DNA of 63,692 bases, filler included, from Chiloscyllium plagiosum (lineage: Eukaryota), in NCBI RefSeq assembly GCF_004010195.1. It is 4 parts of one record of this genome, joined end to end, with 100 filler letters (N's around TTAATTAATTAA, not from the genome) between each part and the next. Parts side by side here need not be neighbours in the genome. Positions count along the whole stretch, not along the records: positions 1 to 13,949 come from NC_057716.1; positions 14,050 to 34,775 come from NC_057716.1; 2 more parts are not named here. One strand, given 5' to 3'. The position numbers and the translations under genes were made by a program. A model generated the notes under the pieces. The model was not told the DNA's origin. It was given only the letters and a program-made list of their open reading frames with translations, and made no database searches. Shown in pieces: positions 13,843 through 25,400 of this stretch. Position 1 is the stretch's first letter; every line of letters starts with the position of its first letter.

Positions 13843-13949
13843 TTAGGCAGCATCCAAGGAGCAGCAAAATCGACGTTTCGGGAAAAAGCCCTTCATCAGG
13901 AATAAAGGCAGTGAGCCTGAAGCATGGAGAGATAAGCTAGAGGAGGGTG
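13812..13949 (-). mobile_element. Penelope-like element terminus, cut by a gap
   Basis: gtggtgctggaagagcacagcag...cagcatccaaggagcagcaaaatcgacgtttcggg...cccttcatcaggaat; contains a hammerhead motif. Confidence 0.75.
13868..13903 (-). ncRNA. Minimal type I hammerhead ribozyme motif
   Basis: Minus strand reads AUUC-CUGAUGA-A-GGG(CUUUUU)CCC-GAAAC-GUC-GAUU: both conserved core boxes, stem II, a GUC cleavage triplet and a short stem I. Confidence 0.65.
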
Positions 13950-14049
13950 NNNNNNNNNNNNNNNNNNNNNNNNNNNNNNNNNNNNNNNNNNNNTTAATTA
14001 ATTAANNNNNNNNNNNNNNNNNNNNNNNNNNNNNNNNNNNNNNNNNNNN
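13950..14049. other. Assembly spacer N44-TTAATTAATTAA-N44
   Basis: The same 100-nt construct occurs at 34776-34875 and 44052-44151. The 12-mer places stops in all six frames. Confidence 0.95.
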
Positions 14050-14480
14050 CCTTCTTTTTCTTAACCAAACCCTCAATTTCTTTAGTCATCTAGCATTCCC
14101 TATACCTACCAGCATTCCCTTTCACCCTGACAGGAATATATTTTCTCTGGATTCTTGTTATCTCCTTTATGAAGGCTTCCCATTTTCGAGCCGTCGCTTT
14201 ACCTGCGAACATCTGCCTTCAATCAGGTTTCGAAAGTTCTTGCCCAATACCGTCAAAATTGGCCTTTCTCCAATTTAGAACTTCAACTTTTAGATCTGGT
14301 CTATCCTTTTCCATCACTATTTTAAAACTAATAGAATTATGGTCGCTGGTCCCAAAGTGCTCCCCCACTGACACCTCAGTCACCTGCCCTGCCTTATTTC
14401 CCAAGAGTAGGTCAAGTTTTGCACCTTCCCTAATAGGTACATCCACATACTGAATCAGAAAATTGTCTTGTACACACTTA
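14050..14480 (-). mobile_element. CR1 ORF2 endonuclease fragment
   Basis: DVPIREGAKLDLLLGN...EHFGTSDHNSISF (SDH motif of an APE endonuclease). Confidence 0.88.
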
Positions 14481-15659
14481 AGAAATATACTGTTGGATGG
14501 AATCTTTACCTAATGACGCAACAGTGAAGGGGAGGGAGAGTAGGGCCCCAATACCTACTGGCAACCAGAGGAATTCACTATTATCTCAGCTGAAAAATGC
14601 TTTCTCTCCATTAACAGTCATATCCTACATGAAATTCACTCCATAGATGCTGACTGATCTACTCTTTTATGCATTTGTTTTTGTTACAAAGCATTTGTGA
14701 TTTGCATTGCTGCTGTGCTTTGATTTTGTAATTTGGCGGTCTAGTTTTATGAGTGAAAGATTTCTCAAATGCTCCTCTCAACTGTTCTTCAACAAATCAC
14801 GAGATAAAAAGCTTCCCGGAATGGGAAAAAAGGCGAGAAACATTTTCAAGAGAGGAACCCTACCATCTTGTCATCATTTCTCTCAACTTTTCTAAGTCCT
14901 CAGGAACACATCTGAAAGGAAATTTTAGATAACTGCAACAAGGACGCAGCAGGAATCCAGGCATGTGCTTCTCATACCAATCTAAAAATGGGCAGTCATG
15001 GATCATTCCCAGTTTAATTGTCTCAAGCAAATAATCATTTCAGTGATTTCCCTGGAAATTTATTTCACACTTTACCACTCTTTGAATGAATAAAAAGATT
15101 CCATTCTACTTTCTTCCTCATCCTTAATTTCCTCATTTTTAATCATCATTTTCTAGATTTTGAGCACATAATTGCAGGGAAACAATGTGCTTTGATAATT
15201 TTTTTCATAACTTCAAGCAGAATCACAAGCTTATTATGCTGTACTGGTATGGTCTGATGCATCCAAAAGACTGCCATCCACTTTGTCATATTGGATGTAC
15301 TGGGCAGGTATAATAGACCCTTGAGTATACCTGATACACCAGGAAATGCTCCTAAAAGTGTAGATGTTGCCAAGAACTTCAATGAATTAAGCTATAGCGC
15401 TGGTGCATCAGGGAATTTTATTACACACAAGATTAACTGAGGCATGCTCAAGGTTTCTTTATAGCTTTATGTTTATAAGGCAATTGTATTTATTTTGTGA
15501 AACAATATAATGATAGGCTCATTACAAACGAGGGAATACTGAAATGATTTACTTCTCAAATTACAGTAGTTCCTTCAGTAGTAACACAGGTCTAATGATG
15601 CCAAGAAATTCTAGCATTATGTAAAAGTACATTCACGAATAATGTATTTGATGCTATAA

Positions 15660-17310
15660 TCGTGGAATCACAGAATTGTTACAGCATAGGAGGAGACCAT
15701 TCAGCCCATTATACCTGGGCTCTTGAAACCAGAATCAATATCTAATGCCAACCTCTCCTTTTCCCCCTACCCTTGCTCACTATTTCTATCCAAACAATCC
15801 TCCAATGCCATACTTCTAGGCACTGCATTCCATACCCTAACTACTTGCTGAGTGTAAAAATCTTTTTTCACATCATTGTTGCTTCTTTTGCACATCATTT
15901 GCTTGTCCCTGACCTTGATCTTTTCACATATGGGAACAGCTTTTCCCTATCTATTCTCTATCCAGCTCACTCAGGATTTTGAAAATTTCTTTCAATTCTC
16001 CTCTCAGCCTTCTCTCCAAGGAGATTATGTCCCAATATGTTCAATCTCTCTTCATAACTGAAGTTTCTCAATCCTTGAACCAATCTTGTAAATTTCCTGT
16101 GCATCCTCTCCAATGTATTCACATCTTTTCCAGAATATGGCATCTACAACTATACACAAAGCTCCAGGTGAGGTCTAACAAATGTTTCCTACAAATTCAA
16201 CATCAGCTCCTTGCACTTGTACTCTATGCCATTATTTATAAAGCCGAGGAAACTACATACTTTTATGATCTACTCTCTCAACTTGTTCTACCACCTTGAA
16301 TGAACTGTGTATGTATACACCCAGGTCACCACTGCTGCCTTCCTGATAGAATTGTATTGTCTATTATATTTTAATATTCTTTCTACCAAAGTGCATCATC
16401 TTACACTTCCCTATATTGAATCGCACACTTTTCTGCATTCCACCTATCCAGCCACTGCATCAATCTGTTGTCTTCACAGTTAAAATTCTTCCAAGTTTAG
16501 TGTCATCGGCAAACTTTGAAATGGAGCCCTACACAACAAAGTCCAGATCATGAATACATATCAGCAAAATCAAGAGCCCCAGAACTGACCCCTGGGAAGC
16601 TCCACTACATACCTTTCTCCATCGCGAAACATATCCCTTGACCATTATTGTCTGCTTCCTGTCACAGTTAATTTTGTATCCGCTTTGCTACCATCCCTTT
16701 TGTACTATGACCTATAACATTCCTGTCAAGTCTGTTGTGTGGCACTGCATCAAATGCTTTATGGAATTCCACGTATACCATATCAACAACATCACCCTCA
16801 TTTCTGTTACCTCTTTAAAAAAACCGTGGCAAGTTAGTTAAATTTGATTTCCCCATAACAAATCAATGCAAATTCTTCCTAATCAACCTACTCTTTTCCC
16901 AGTGATTACTAATACAATCCAAAATAATTGTTTCTAAAAACAAAAACAGAAATTGCTGGAAAAACTCAGCAGGTCTGGCAGCATCAGTGGAGAGAAAGCA
17001 GGATTAACATTTTGGGTCCAATTATTCTTCTTCTAGAAATTTCCTCACCACCAAATGTAATTTGTCTCATCTAATAGTTGTTGGGATTATCCTTACAATC
17101 TTTCTTGAACAAGCTTGTAACGTTTGCAATTCCCCATTTTTCAAGCAGCTCCCTGACTAGGGAAGACTGAAGGATTGTGAGCAGTGACCAGTAATTTCTA
17201 CCCTCACTTTCTTCAAAATCCTTGAATGCATCTCGCCTGGTTCCTGTGCCTACTCAACTTTAAGTACCATAATTCTATCCAAAACTTCTTTGTTATGGAT
17301 TTTGAACCCT
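15660..17310 (-). mobile_element. Old CR1 LINE, interrupted at ~16937-17030 by a Penelope-type fragment
   Basis: Minus strand has aagtttgccgatgacac (KFADDT) and ttcccaggggtcagttctggg (PQGSVLG). CR1-type tail near 15660-15710. Confidence 0.75.
16937..17030 (-). mobile_element. Penelope-type terminal fragment (second subfamily)
   Basis: aaaacagaaattgctggaaaaactcagcaggtctggcagcatc...; related copies at 20325-20450, 44780-44860, 52890-53010 and 62400-62540. Confidence 0.6.
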
Positions 17311-17681
17311 TCTAGTGACAGAGTTCCCTCCCTGTGATAAATCCATTTATATTTATGAAAGTATAAAATTGAAACTACTTACTAAATTATTCATGTGAAT
17401 TAAGGCAAGGCTCAGAGAACAAATTGGGCATGTGTGTACAGGTAATTCCATAAGCAGCACACAAACTACACAATGTTGTGTCAGCAAGTCAAAGCAAAAT
17501 CGTCATTTTAGCTGAGATATTTATTGGTGCTGTTCCAACATTTCAGGTGCTAAACCAGTGCCTAAACATTCAATATGATGGGTGGCATATGCCTGCCCAT
17601 TCCACACTGAATAAGTGCAGTCTGCCACATCAGATCAGATTATTTCCCAGGTATTCTGGAAACAGAGCATTGATGATTACA

Positions 17682-18175
17682 CTTTTGGAGTATTGTGTAC
17701 ATTACTGGTCACCTTACTTATGAAAAATGTGGATGCACTGGAAGATCAGAGAAGGCTTACTAAGTGAATACCTGAAATGAGCAGATTGCCCGATGAGGAA
17801 AGGCTAGACAGACTAGGCCTGTATTGTCTGGAGTGTAGAAGAGTCAGAGGTGCCTTCATGGAAACATATAAGATCCTGTGGAGACTTGAGCAGGTTGATG
17901 TGGAAAATATGTTTCCTCTTGGAAAATCTAGAACTAGGGATCATAGTTTAAAAATAAGGGGTTGTCATTTAATAAGTCAACATTTTTTTCTCTGAGTTTT
18001 GAGAGTCTTTGGAATTCACTTCCTCATTTACAGAAGATACAGATAAAATATTTATAAAGGCAAGGTGACTTTTTTATTACCAAGGGATGAAACATTATCA
18101 GGGATATGCAGGAATGTAGAGTATAAGGCATAATCTTATTGAATGGCAGAGCAGGCGGAGTAGCTCATGTTCATA
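17682..18175 (+). mobile_element. CR1 3' fragment
   Basis: LEYCVHYWSPYL, EERLDRLGLY and SRTRDHSLKIRG. Confidence 0.8.
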
Positions 18176-18228
18176 CCATGTTACCAACTAGAACACAAAA
18201 GTCAAAAGAGCTTGGAACTTTTTTTTAA

Positions 18229-18542
18229 TCATTCATTCATGGGATGAAGACACCACTGGCTATACTAGCATTTATTGCCCATCCGTAATCTGCTCAGAGA
18301 GTAGTTAAGAGTCAACCACATTGTTGCAGTCTGGAGTCACATGTAGGCCAGACCAGGTAAGGATGGCAGTTTCCTTCCCTAAAGGACATCGATGAACCAG
18401 AAAGGTTTTTCCCACAATCAACAATAAATTTGTGGTCATCACTGGACTCTTAAATGCAGGTTTACATTGAATTCAAATTCCACCATCTGCCATGGCAGGA
18501 TTAACAGTTCAGTAATAATACCACCAGGCCATCACATTCCCT
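18229..18542 (-). mobile_element. tRNA-derived SINE with a Meta-domain-like core, internally deleted
   Basis: Homologous to 11325-11655, with a (TGAA)n tail at 18229-18240. Confidence 0.7.
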
Positions 18543-20069
18543 TACAAAAAGTCAAGTGATCTAGTGATTTGCTTTTAAAAGAGCCATAAGAGAATGCTTA
18601 ATAATCTACATTTGCTTGACAAACTGACTTAGTTTTGGAAGGGACCTATTGCCGAAGATTACCTAGCAATTGTCTCTGGACTTTTAGTTCCTAATTTGCC
18701 ACAAACATAGGAATTGATCAATTATGGAGATGCTTGCAATTAAGCAATGCTACTTCTCTCCCACATAACAGATAACCTTGAAAAAAAAAACTGAAGAAAT
18801 ATCTTTGTGAAGTCTGAGTCTTTGAGAAAGTTTTAGAAATCAATATCTCTGGTCTGTTCAAAAACTCTGAATACTGAATCATTACCTCAGTCCAAGGAAC
18901 TGGGTGTAACTCATTTTCCACCTGAACTGAGGGCTTTTCATCACTCTGCGATCAGCAGCAATTGGATTTCAACAATAGGTAGCCAAAGGAACTATGAGAG
19001 GTCCGCTCCTTTCTATTTCTACCATTCAAGTGTTTATTCTAAAAGGGCAAATATTCGTTTTTTTTTCATTATTTTTTCTTGTCCTGTCTGCATACAAATG
19101 TGTGCACATTTTGGAAATGGGCTGCTGGTAGCTTAGTTGATGACTAGTTTAGCCATATGTTTAAAGCATGTTTGCTTCTAATAAACAAGTTATTTTGAGT
19201 TTACTGAAGAAACTGGTGAAGCCTTTTTTGTTCTAGATAACAGTAATAAAGAAAAACAAATTGACTATCTTTCATGATAAAGTAAGACATTTACACTTTT
19301 GGCACAGTTTGTGAAGAAGTAGAATTTGATCTCCAGCACTTCAGAGTCATAATGCAAATTCAGATAAGGAAAAAAAATATTTCCTGAGATTGCTACTATA
19401 ATTCATGAATATAAAAGAACATGTGGTGAAGTCTTGGTCTGAAGCACACATCTGCTCACGGTTTGCAATTACCTAGTAATTTAAGATCAAAAGTAGCAGC
19501 TTTACAACTATAAGAACATTATTAATAGAATCTCAGACATAATAGAGTTTCCTAGCTTTTCAATGATCTATGAAACATTATGCATCAATGAAGAAATACA
19601 CTGAATTTTAAAACAACCTGCAATTAACTTTGTTATATTGTCAAAATTGCATTTTTCTCAATTATTTAATTGCAGTTTGAAATAAATCAACACCTGTTTA
19701 GCAAGATTTTGTTCTTTTATATAACTATCCTCTTTATTTCTAAATAGATGCTCATCCAAGTGAGCAATGCTGGTGTTAGGAATGGAACAGGCACTAAGGC
19801 ATTTCAGGCACTAAGAGTCATTGCCAAGTTAAACACAGTTCACTGTCAATTCAAGTCATGTTAGATGCCAAGTAAATTGTCCTCTTGAAGCCCAAATGTT
19901 GAGTTTTGTTCCAAACTAAAAAGTACCACTTTCACTGGAAAGTCCGTTTCTGTTTGCCATGCTTTCTTGAGAACATTTTCTCTTCCTGACAGCCTCAGCT
20001 TGTTGAATAAGTACTAATTTCCCACATCCAATTCCAACTCCTTGATTAGTCATCTCAAAAGATACACAA

Positions 20070-20295
20070 AATCACAGAGCTATTTTGGTGCAACAAGAAG
20101 CTATTTAGTCCAGTGCACTTCCTTCAGCTCTTCAAACAAGCATCATTACTTAGTACCAAACTCCTGCTTTTTTCCATACCCTGGCACATAATTTCTACCC
20201 AATCATCCAATGCCCTCTTGAATGCGTCAATTGAACCTGCCCCCACAACATTTCCAGGCAGTGCATTCCATACCCTAGCCCCTCACTGTATGTAA
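20070..20295 (-). mobile_element. CR1 3' UTR fragment
   Basis: ccaatgccctcttgaatg...ccaggcagtgcattccataccct, similar to other CR1 3' ends in the window. Confidence 0.55.
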
Positions 20296-20324
20296 GTATT
20301 CTCTCCTTAAGTAAAAATTCAAGA

Positions 20325-20450
20325 ACTGAGGATGCTGGAAATCAGAAACAAAATAAATAATTGCTGGAAAAACTTAGCAGATCTGGCAGCATCTGTGCAG
20401 TGAAAGCAAAGTTAACGTCTCAGGTCAGAACAGTCACTGGACCCTTCTTT
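20325..20450 (-). mobile_element. Penelope-type terminal fragment
   Basis: Homologous to 16937-17030. Confidence 0.6.
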
Positions 20451-20815
20451 TCTCACTGTCAGGAAAATCCAGTAGAAATCATTTGTGCCTGACATCTGCC
20501 ACAAAATGTCTCCCAAGTACTGCTGCATTTCTTGGTCTTTTCCGCAATCTATTCACGAAATCCAAAAGGATCTCATTTACATATAATGATGATCAGTAGC
20601 TTTGCAGCTCTAAGGTTTACATTTTTACACTTGAAAGGCACTCAGGATAACTTAGACGGCTCGTAATAATATACAACAGCTGGCAGGGTTAGCTGATAAA
20701 AGCCGGAATAAGGGGAATTTTGAACTTGGAAGCATTTAGATATTTTGGAGATTTTTCAGTTGCATATTGCCAGCTTCTCTGCAGATACTTGAATGATTTT
20801 TTTTATTTCTAACAG

Positions 20816-20917
20816 AAACAGAACATGAGTAGTTGTTTGACTTCTCAGAAGAACTATGACATTAGTATGATCACGATGAAAAAAAAAGTTGCAGAGATGG
20901 AGGCAAAGACAACTCAG
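20816..20917 (+). CDS. Candidate internal coding exon (phase 0-0, 34 aa, coiled-coil-like) of an unidentified gene
   Basis: Acceptor ttttttttatttctaacag|, 102 nt open as KQNMSSCLTSQKNYDISMITMKKKVAEMEAKTTQ, donor CAG|gtaata. Lies in apparently non-repetitive DNA. Confidence 0.5.
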
Positions 20918-21479
20918 GTAATATATAAAAACAAAACATGCCAATGCCAGATAGTATACACACCTTTTTCTCTCATTATAAAATGCCAAGTGCTTTTGGA
21001 TTACAAGTTATAGATTTTGTTCAAAATATTCCTTGGTTAAGAGCTTCCTATTTTGCTGCTTTATCCCAATGGAAAATATTGGCACAAGGTTGTTGGAAGC
21101 ATTATGCAGGTATATTAAGTAGATGTTATGTCAAGATTTTCACAAAAGGAGTAAAAGCTGATACAAGTGCAACCATTGAATATACAGGGTGGCCATAGAA
21201 GTCATGACAAAATAACTTGTCATGTGTGCCAAAATTGGACAACAGTGACCAGCAAATTAAGTCGTGTGCTATCTTCATCTGATATTCATATACTGCAAAC
21301 TCAATGGGTTGAATGGCCTCCTTCAGTGCTATATTATTCTGTGATCCATTTCATAACTTCAACTCCTACCACTGAGATCGAACAGCAGCAGGCAACTTGA
21401 ACATCTTCGACCTCTACAATGTCAGAGAGGGCGAAGTCAAATTGTGCACTGCTATCACATCAATTGAAGATTTCAGCCT

Positions 21480-21755
21480 TCCTCTATTTCTGGCTTTTTG
21501 TATACCCTGACATTAATCATTCCACCACTGGTGTTATATCTTTGGCTGACAATGTCCTCAGTTAAGGCATTCCTTTCCTATTGTTCTCCACCTCTCTAAC
21601 TCATCACCCTCCTTTAAGGTCTTTCTTAAAACCTTTATTCACACAAGCCATGTCAACCAACATGGTTCTGTATCAAATTTTGCTTGATAAACTCCGGTGG
21701 AGCATTTTGATATGCTTTACTAGGTAAGAGATACTCTATCATACAAATAATTGAA
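21480..21755 (+). mobile_element. L2-like LINE 3' fragment
   Basis: Degenerate ttaatcattccaccactgg...cctcctttaag...cttaaaacc...ttgcttgataactcc, resembling L2 3' ends. Confidence 0.45.
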
Positions 21756-22459
21756 ATTCATTAATACACACACCCTGGCCCATATTTACAATAAGACCTT
21801 CAGGAGAAGTTCTTCAATTCAGTATGATTCAAGATAGGATATCCAAAACCGATAAGTTCCTGGGTGTTAAGGGGTGAACTGGCTCCCTATGTTTAATCAG
21901 CCACCTCACTAGGTTAGTTCCAACAAGAATAACTTAGACACAAATGAATGAATGAATAAATGATGTTATTGCCACTGTATTTTACAGTGAAAAGCTTTTC
22001 CACTGTCACCATAATCTGGCACCATCTGAATAGTTTTAAGAATAAGCAAAAATCCAAAAAAATACAGCTGAAAGAGAGTTCATCAGTCCTGAGCCAACTC
22101 ATCATCAGTGGCATCTGCACCATCTACACTGGACCCAACCAACAGTGAAGTCGCCACTCTTCAAGCACCATCTTTCGCCATTGAGCCAATTCACCTCTAC
22201 CACGGCCTTGCTACCACCTGCGCTGAATCCGCCACCATCAGAATCACATCTCTTGCCACTAGGCCCAACTTGAAGTCATTGTAACGCTCTTCCGCCACTA
22301 CTTCACTGTTGCCTGTGCCAGACCCAACTAATGACAACGTTGTTAATCCTCAGGAACCATCTTTTGTCACGAGGCGTATCTCACCAATGTCGCCTCCCCT
22401 GATGTAAGAGCCACCAATTCAATGCCAGATTCCATGCTCACCCCAGAAATGTAAATCGG

Positions 22460-25400
22460 GGCTCACTCGCCACATCCACGAGGTCTGCGCTGGGCCCACA
22501 CTCCACTGCCATGAAGTCCGCATTGGGCTCACTAGCCACCACCACGAGATCTGCGCAGGGATCACTCACTGACACCACAAGGTCCACGCAGGAACCACTT
22601 GCTGCCACCATGAGGTCAGCACTGGGACCACTCGCTGTCACCACATGGTCCACACTGGGACCACTCACTGCCACCACGAGGTCAGCACTAGGACTACTCG
22701 CTGCTAACACAAGGTCCCTGCAGGAACCACTCGCTGCCACAACAAGGTCAGCACTGGGACCACTCGCTGCCACCACGAGGTCCGCACTGGGACCACTCAC
22801 TGTCATGAGGTCCGCACTGGGACCACTCACTGCCACATCCACTAGGTCTGCGCTGGGCCCACACTCCACTGCCATGAAGTCCGCATTGGTCTCACTAGCC
22901 ACCACCACGTGGTCTGCGCAGGGATCACTCACTGACACAACAAGGTCCACGCAGGAACCATTTGCTGACAATACGAGGTCCGCACTGGGACCACTCGCTG
23001 CCACCACAAAGTCAGCATTGGGACCACTCGCTGCCACCATGAGGTCAGCATTGGGACCACTCGCTGCCACCACGAGGTCCGCACTGGGACCACTCACAGT
23101 CACGAGGTCCGCACTGGGACCGTTCACTGCCACCACAAGGTCTGCACTGGAATGGCTCACTGCCACCACGAGGTCAGCACTGGGACCACTCGCTGCCACC
23201 ACGAGGTCAGCACTGCGACCACTCACTGCCATTATGAGGACAGCACTGGGACCACTCGCTGCCACTACGAGGTCAGCACTGGGACCACTCGCTGCCACCA
23301 CGAGGTCCGCACTGGGACCACTCTGCCACCACGAGGACTGCACTCGGACAACTCGTTGCCCCGAGGTCGAAACTGGGACGACTCACTGCCACACGAGGTC
23401 CGCACTGGGACCACTCGCTGCCACCATGAGGTCAGCACTGGGACCACTCCCTGCTGCCACATGGCCAGCACTGGGACCACTCCCTACCGCCACGAGGTCA
23501 GCACTGGGACCCCTCGCTGCCAGCATGATGTTAACACTGGGACCATTCACTGCCACCACGAGGTGAGCACTGGGACTACTCGCTGACACAATGAAATCCA
23601 TGGAAGGACCACTTGCTGCCACCACGAGATCAGCACTGGGACCATTCACTGCCACCACAAGGTCAGCACTGTGACCACTCGCTGTCACCACGAGGACCGC
23701 ACTGGGACCTCTCGCTGCCACCACGAAATCCACGGGGGGACCACTCACTGCCACCATGAGGTCAGTACTGGGACCTCTCGCTGCCATCATGAGGTCCGCA
23801 CTGGGAAAACTCACTGCCACCACGAGGTCAGCACTGGGACCACTCGCTGCCACCTCGAAATCCACGGGGGGACCACTCGCTGCCACCATGAGGTCAGCAC
23901 TGGGACCACTCACTGCCACCATGAGGTCAGCACTGGGACCACTCGCTGTCACGACGCGGTCCGCACTGGGACCACTCGCTGCCACCACAAGGTCAGCACT
24001 GGGACCACTCCCTGCCACCATGAGATCAGCACTGGGGCTACTCGCTGCCACCACGAAGTCAGCACTGGGACCACTCACTGTCACTACGAGGTCACCACTG
24101 GGACCACTCGCTGCCACCACAAGGTACGCACTGGGACCACTCACTGCCACCACGAGGTCAGCACTGTGACCACTCGCTGTCACCATGAAGTCCACACTGG
24201 GTCAACTCGCTGCCACCGCGAGATCTGCACAGGGACCACTCATTGCCACCGCGAGGTCAGCACTGGGACCATTCGCTGCCGCCACAAGGTCAGCACTGGG
24301 ACCATTCGCTGCCACCATGAGGTAGCACTGGGACGACACACTGCCACCACGAGGTCAGCACTGAGACCACTCGCTGTCACCACGTGGTCTGCACTGGGAC
24401 CACTTGCTGCCACCACGTGGTCCGCACTGGGACCACTTGCTGCCACCATGAGGTCAGCACTGGGACGACGCACTGGGACCACTCGCTCTTACCACGAGTT
24501 CAGCACTGGGACCACTTGCAGTCACCATGAGGTCAGGACTGGGACCACTTGCTGCCACCACGAGGTCAGCACTGGGACCACTCGCTGCCACCACGACATC
24601 CGCACTGGGTCCACTAGCTGCCACCGTGCGGTCTGCACTGCGACCACTCGCTGCCATGAGGTCCGCACTGGGACCAATCGCTGCCACCATGAGGTCCGCA
24701 CTGGGACCACTCGCTGCCACCATGAGGTCAGCACAGGGACCACTCGCTGCCATTACGAGGTCAGCAGTGGGACCACTGGCTGCCACCACAAAGTCAGCAC
24801 TGGGACCACTTCCTGCCACCATGAGGTCAGCACTGGGACCACTCGCTGCCACCATGAGGTCAGCACTGGGACCACTCGCTGCCACCACGATGTCCACACT
24901 GGGACCACTCGCTGTCACCACGTGGTCAGCACTGGGACCACTCCCTGCGACCACGAGGCCAGCACTGGCACCACTCCCTGCGATCACGTGGTCAGCACTG
25001 GGACCACTCGCTGCCACCACGAGGTCAGCACCGGGACTACTCCCTGACACCACAAGGTCCGCAGTGGGACCACTCGCTGTCACCACCTGGTCAACACTGG
25101 GTCCTTTCCCTGCCATCACGAAATCCACGGAGGGACCACTCGCTGCCACCACAAGGTCAGGACTGGGACCACTCGCTCTTACCACGAGGTCTGCACTGGG
25201 ACCACTCATTGCCTCCACGAGGTCAACACTGTGACTACTCACTGCCACCACGAGATCTGCACTGGGACCACTCATAGCCAACACGAGGTCAGCACTGGGA
25301 CCATTCGCTGCTACCATGAGGTCAGCACTGGGATGACTCTCTGCCACCACGAGGTCAGCACTGGAATGACTCACTGCCACCATGAGGTCCGCACTGGGAC

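Noticed and set aside
13994..14005. TTAATTAATTAA palindrome, also at 34820-34831 and 44096-44107
   Set aside because: It is always centred in 44+44 Ns, so it is an artificial scaffold spacer with six-frame stops.
14897..15310. Additional candidate exons after pyrimidine tracts (14897, 15157; also 19749)
   Set aside because: They have in-frame stops, non-canonical donors or implausible sizes, and could not be joined into a coherent frame.
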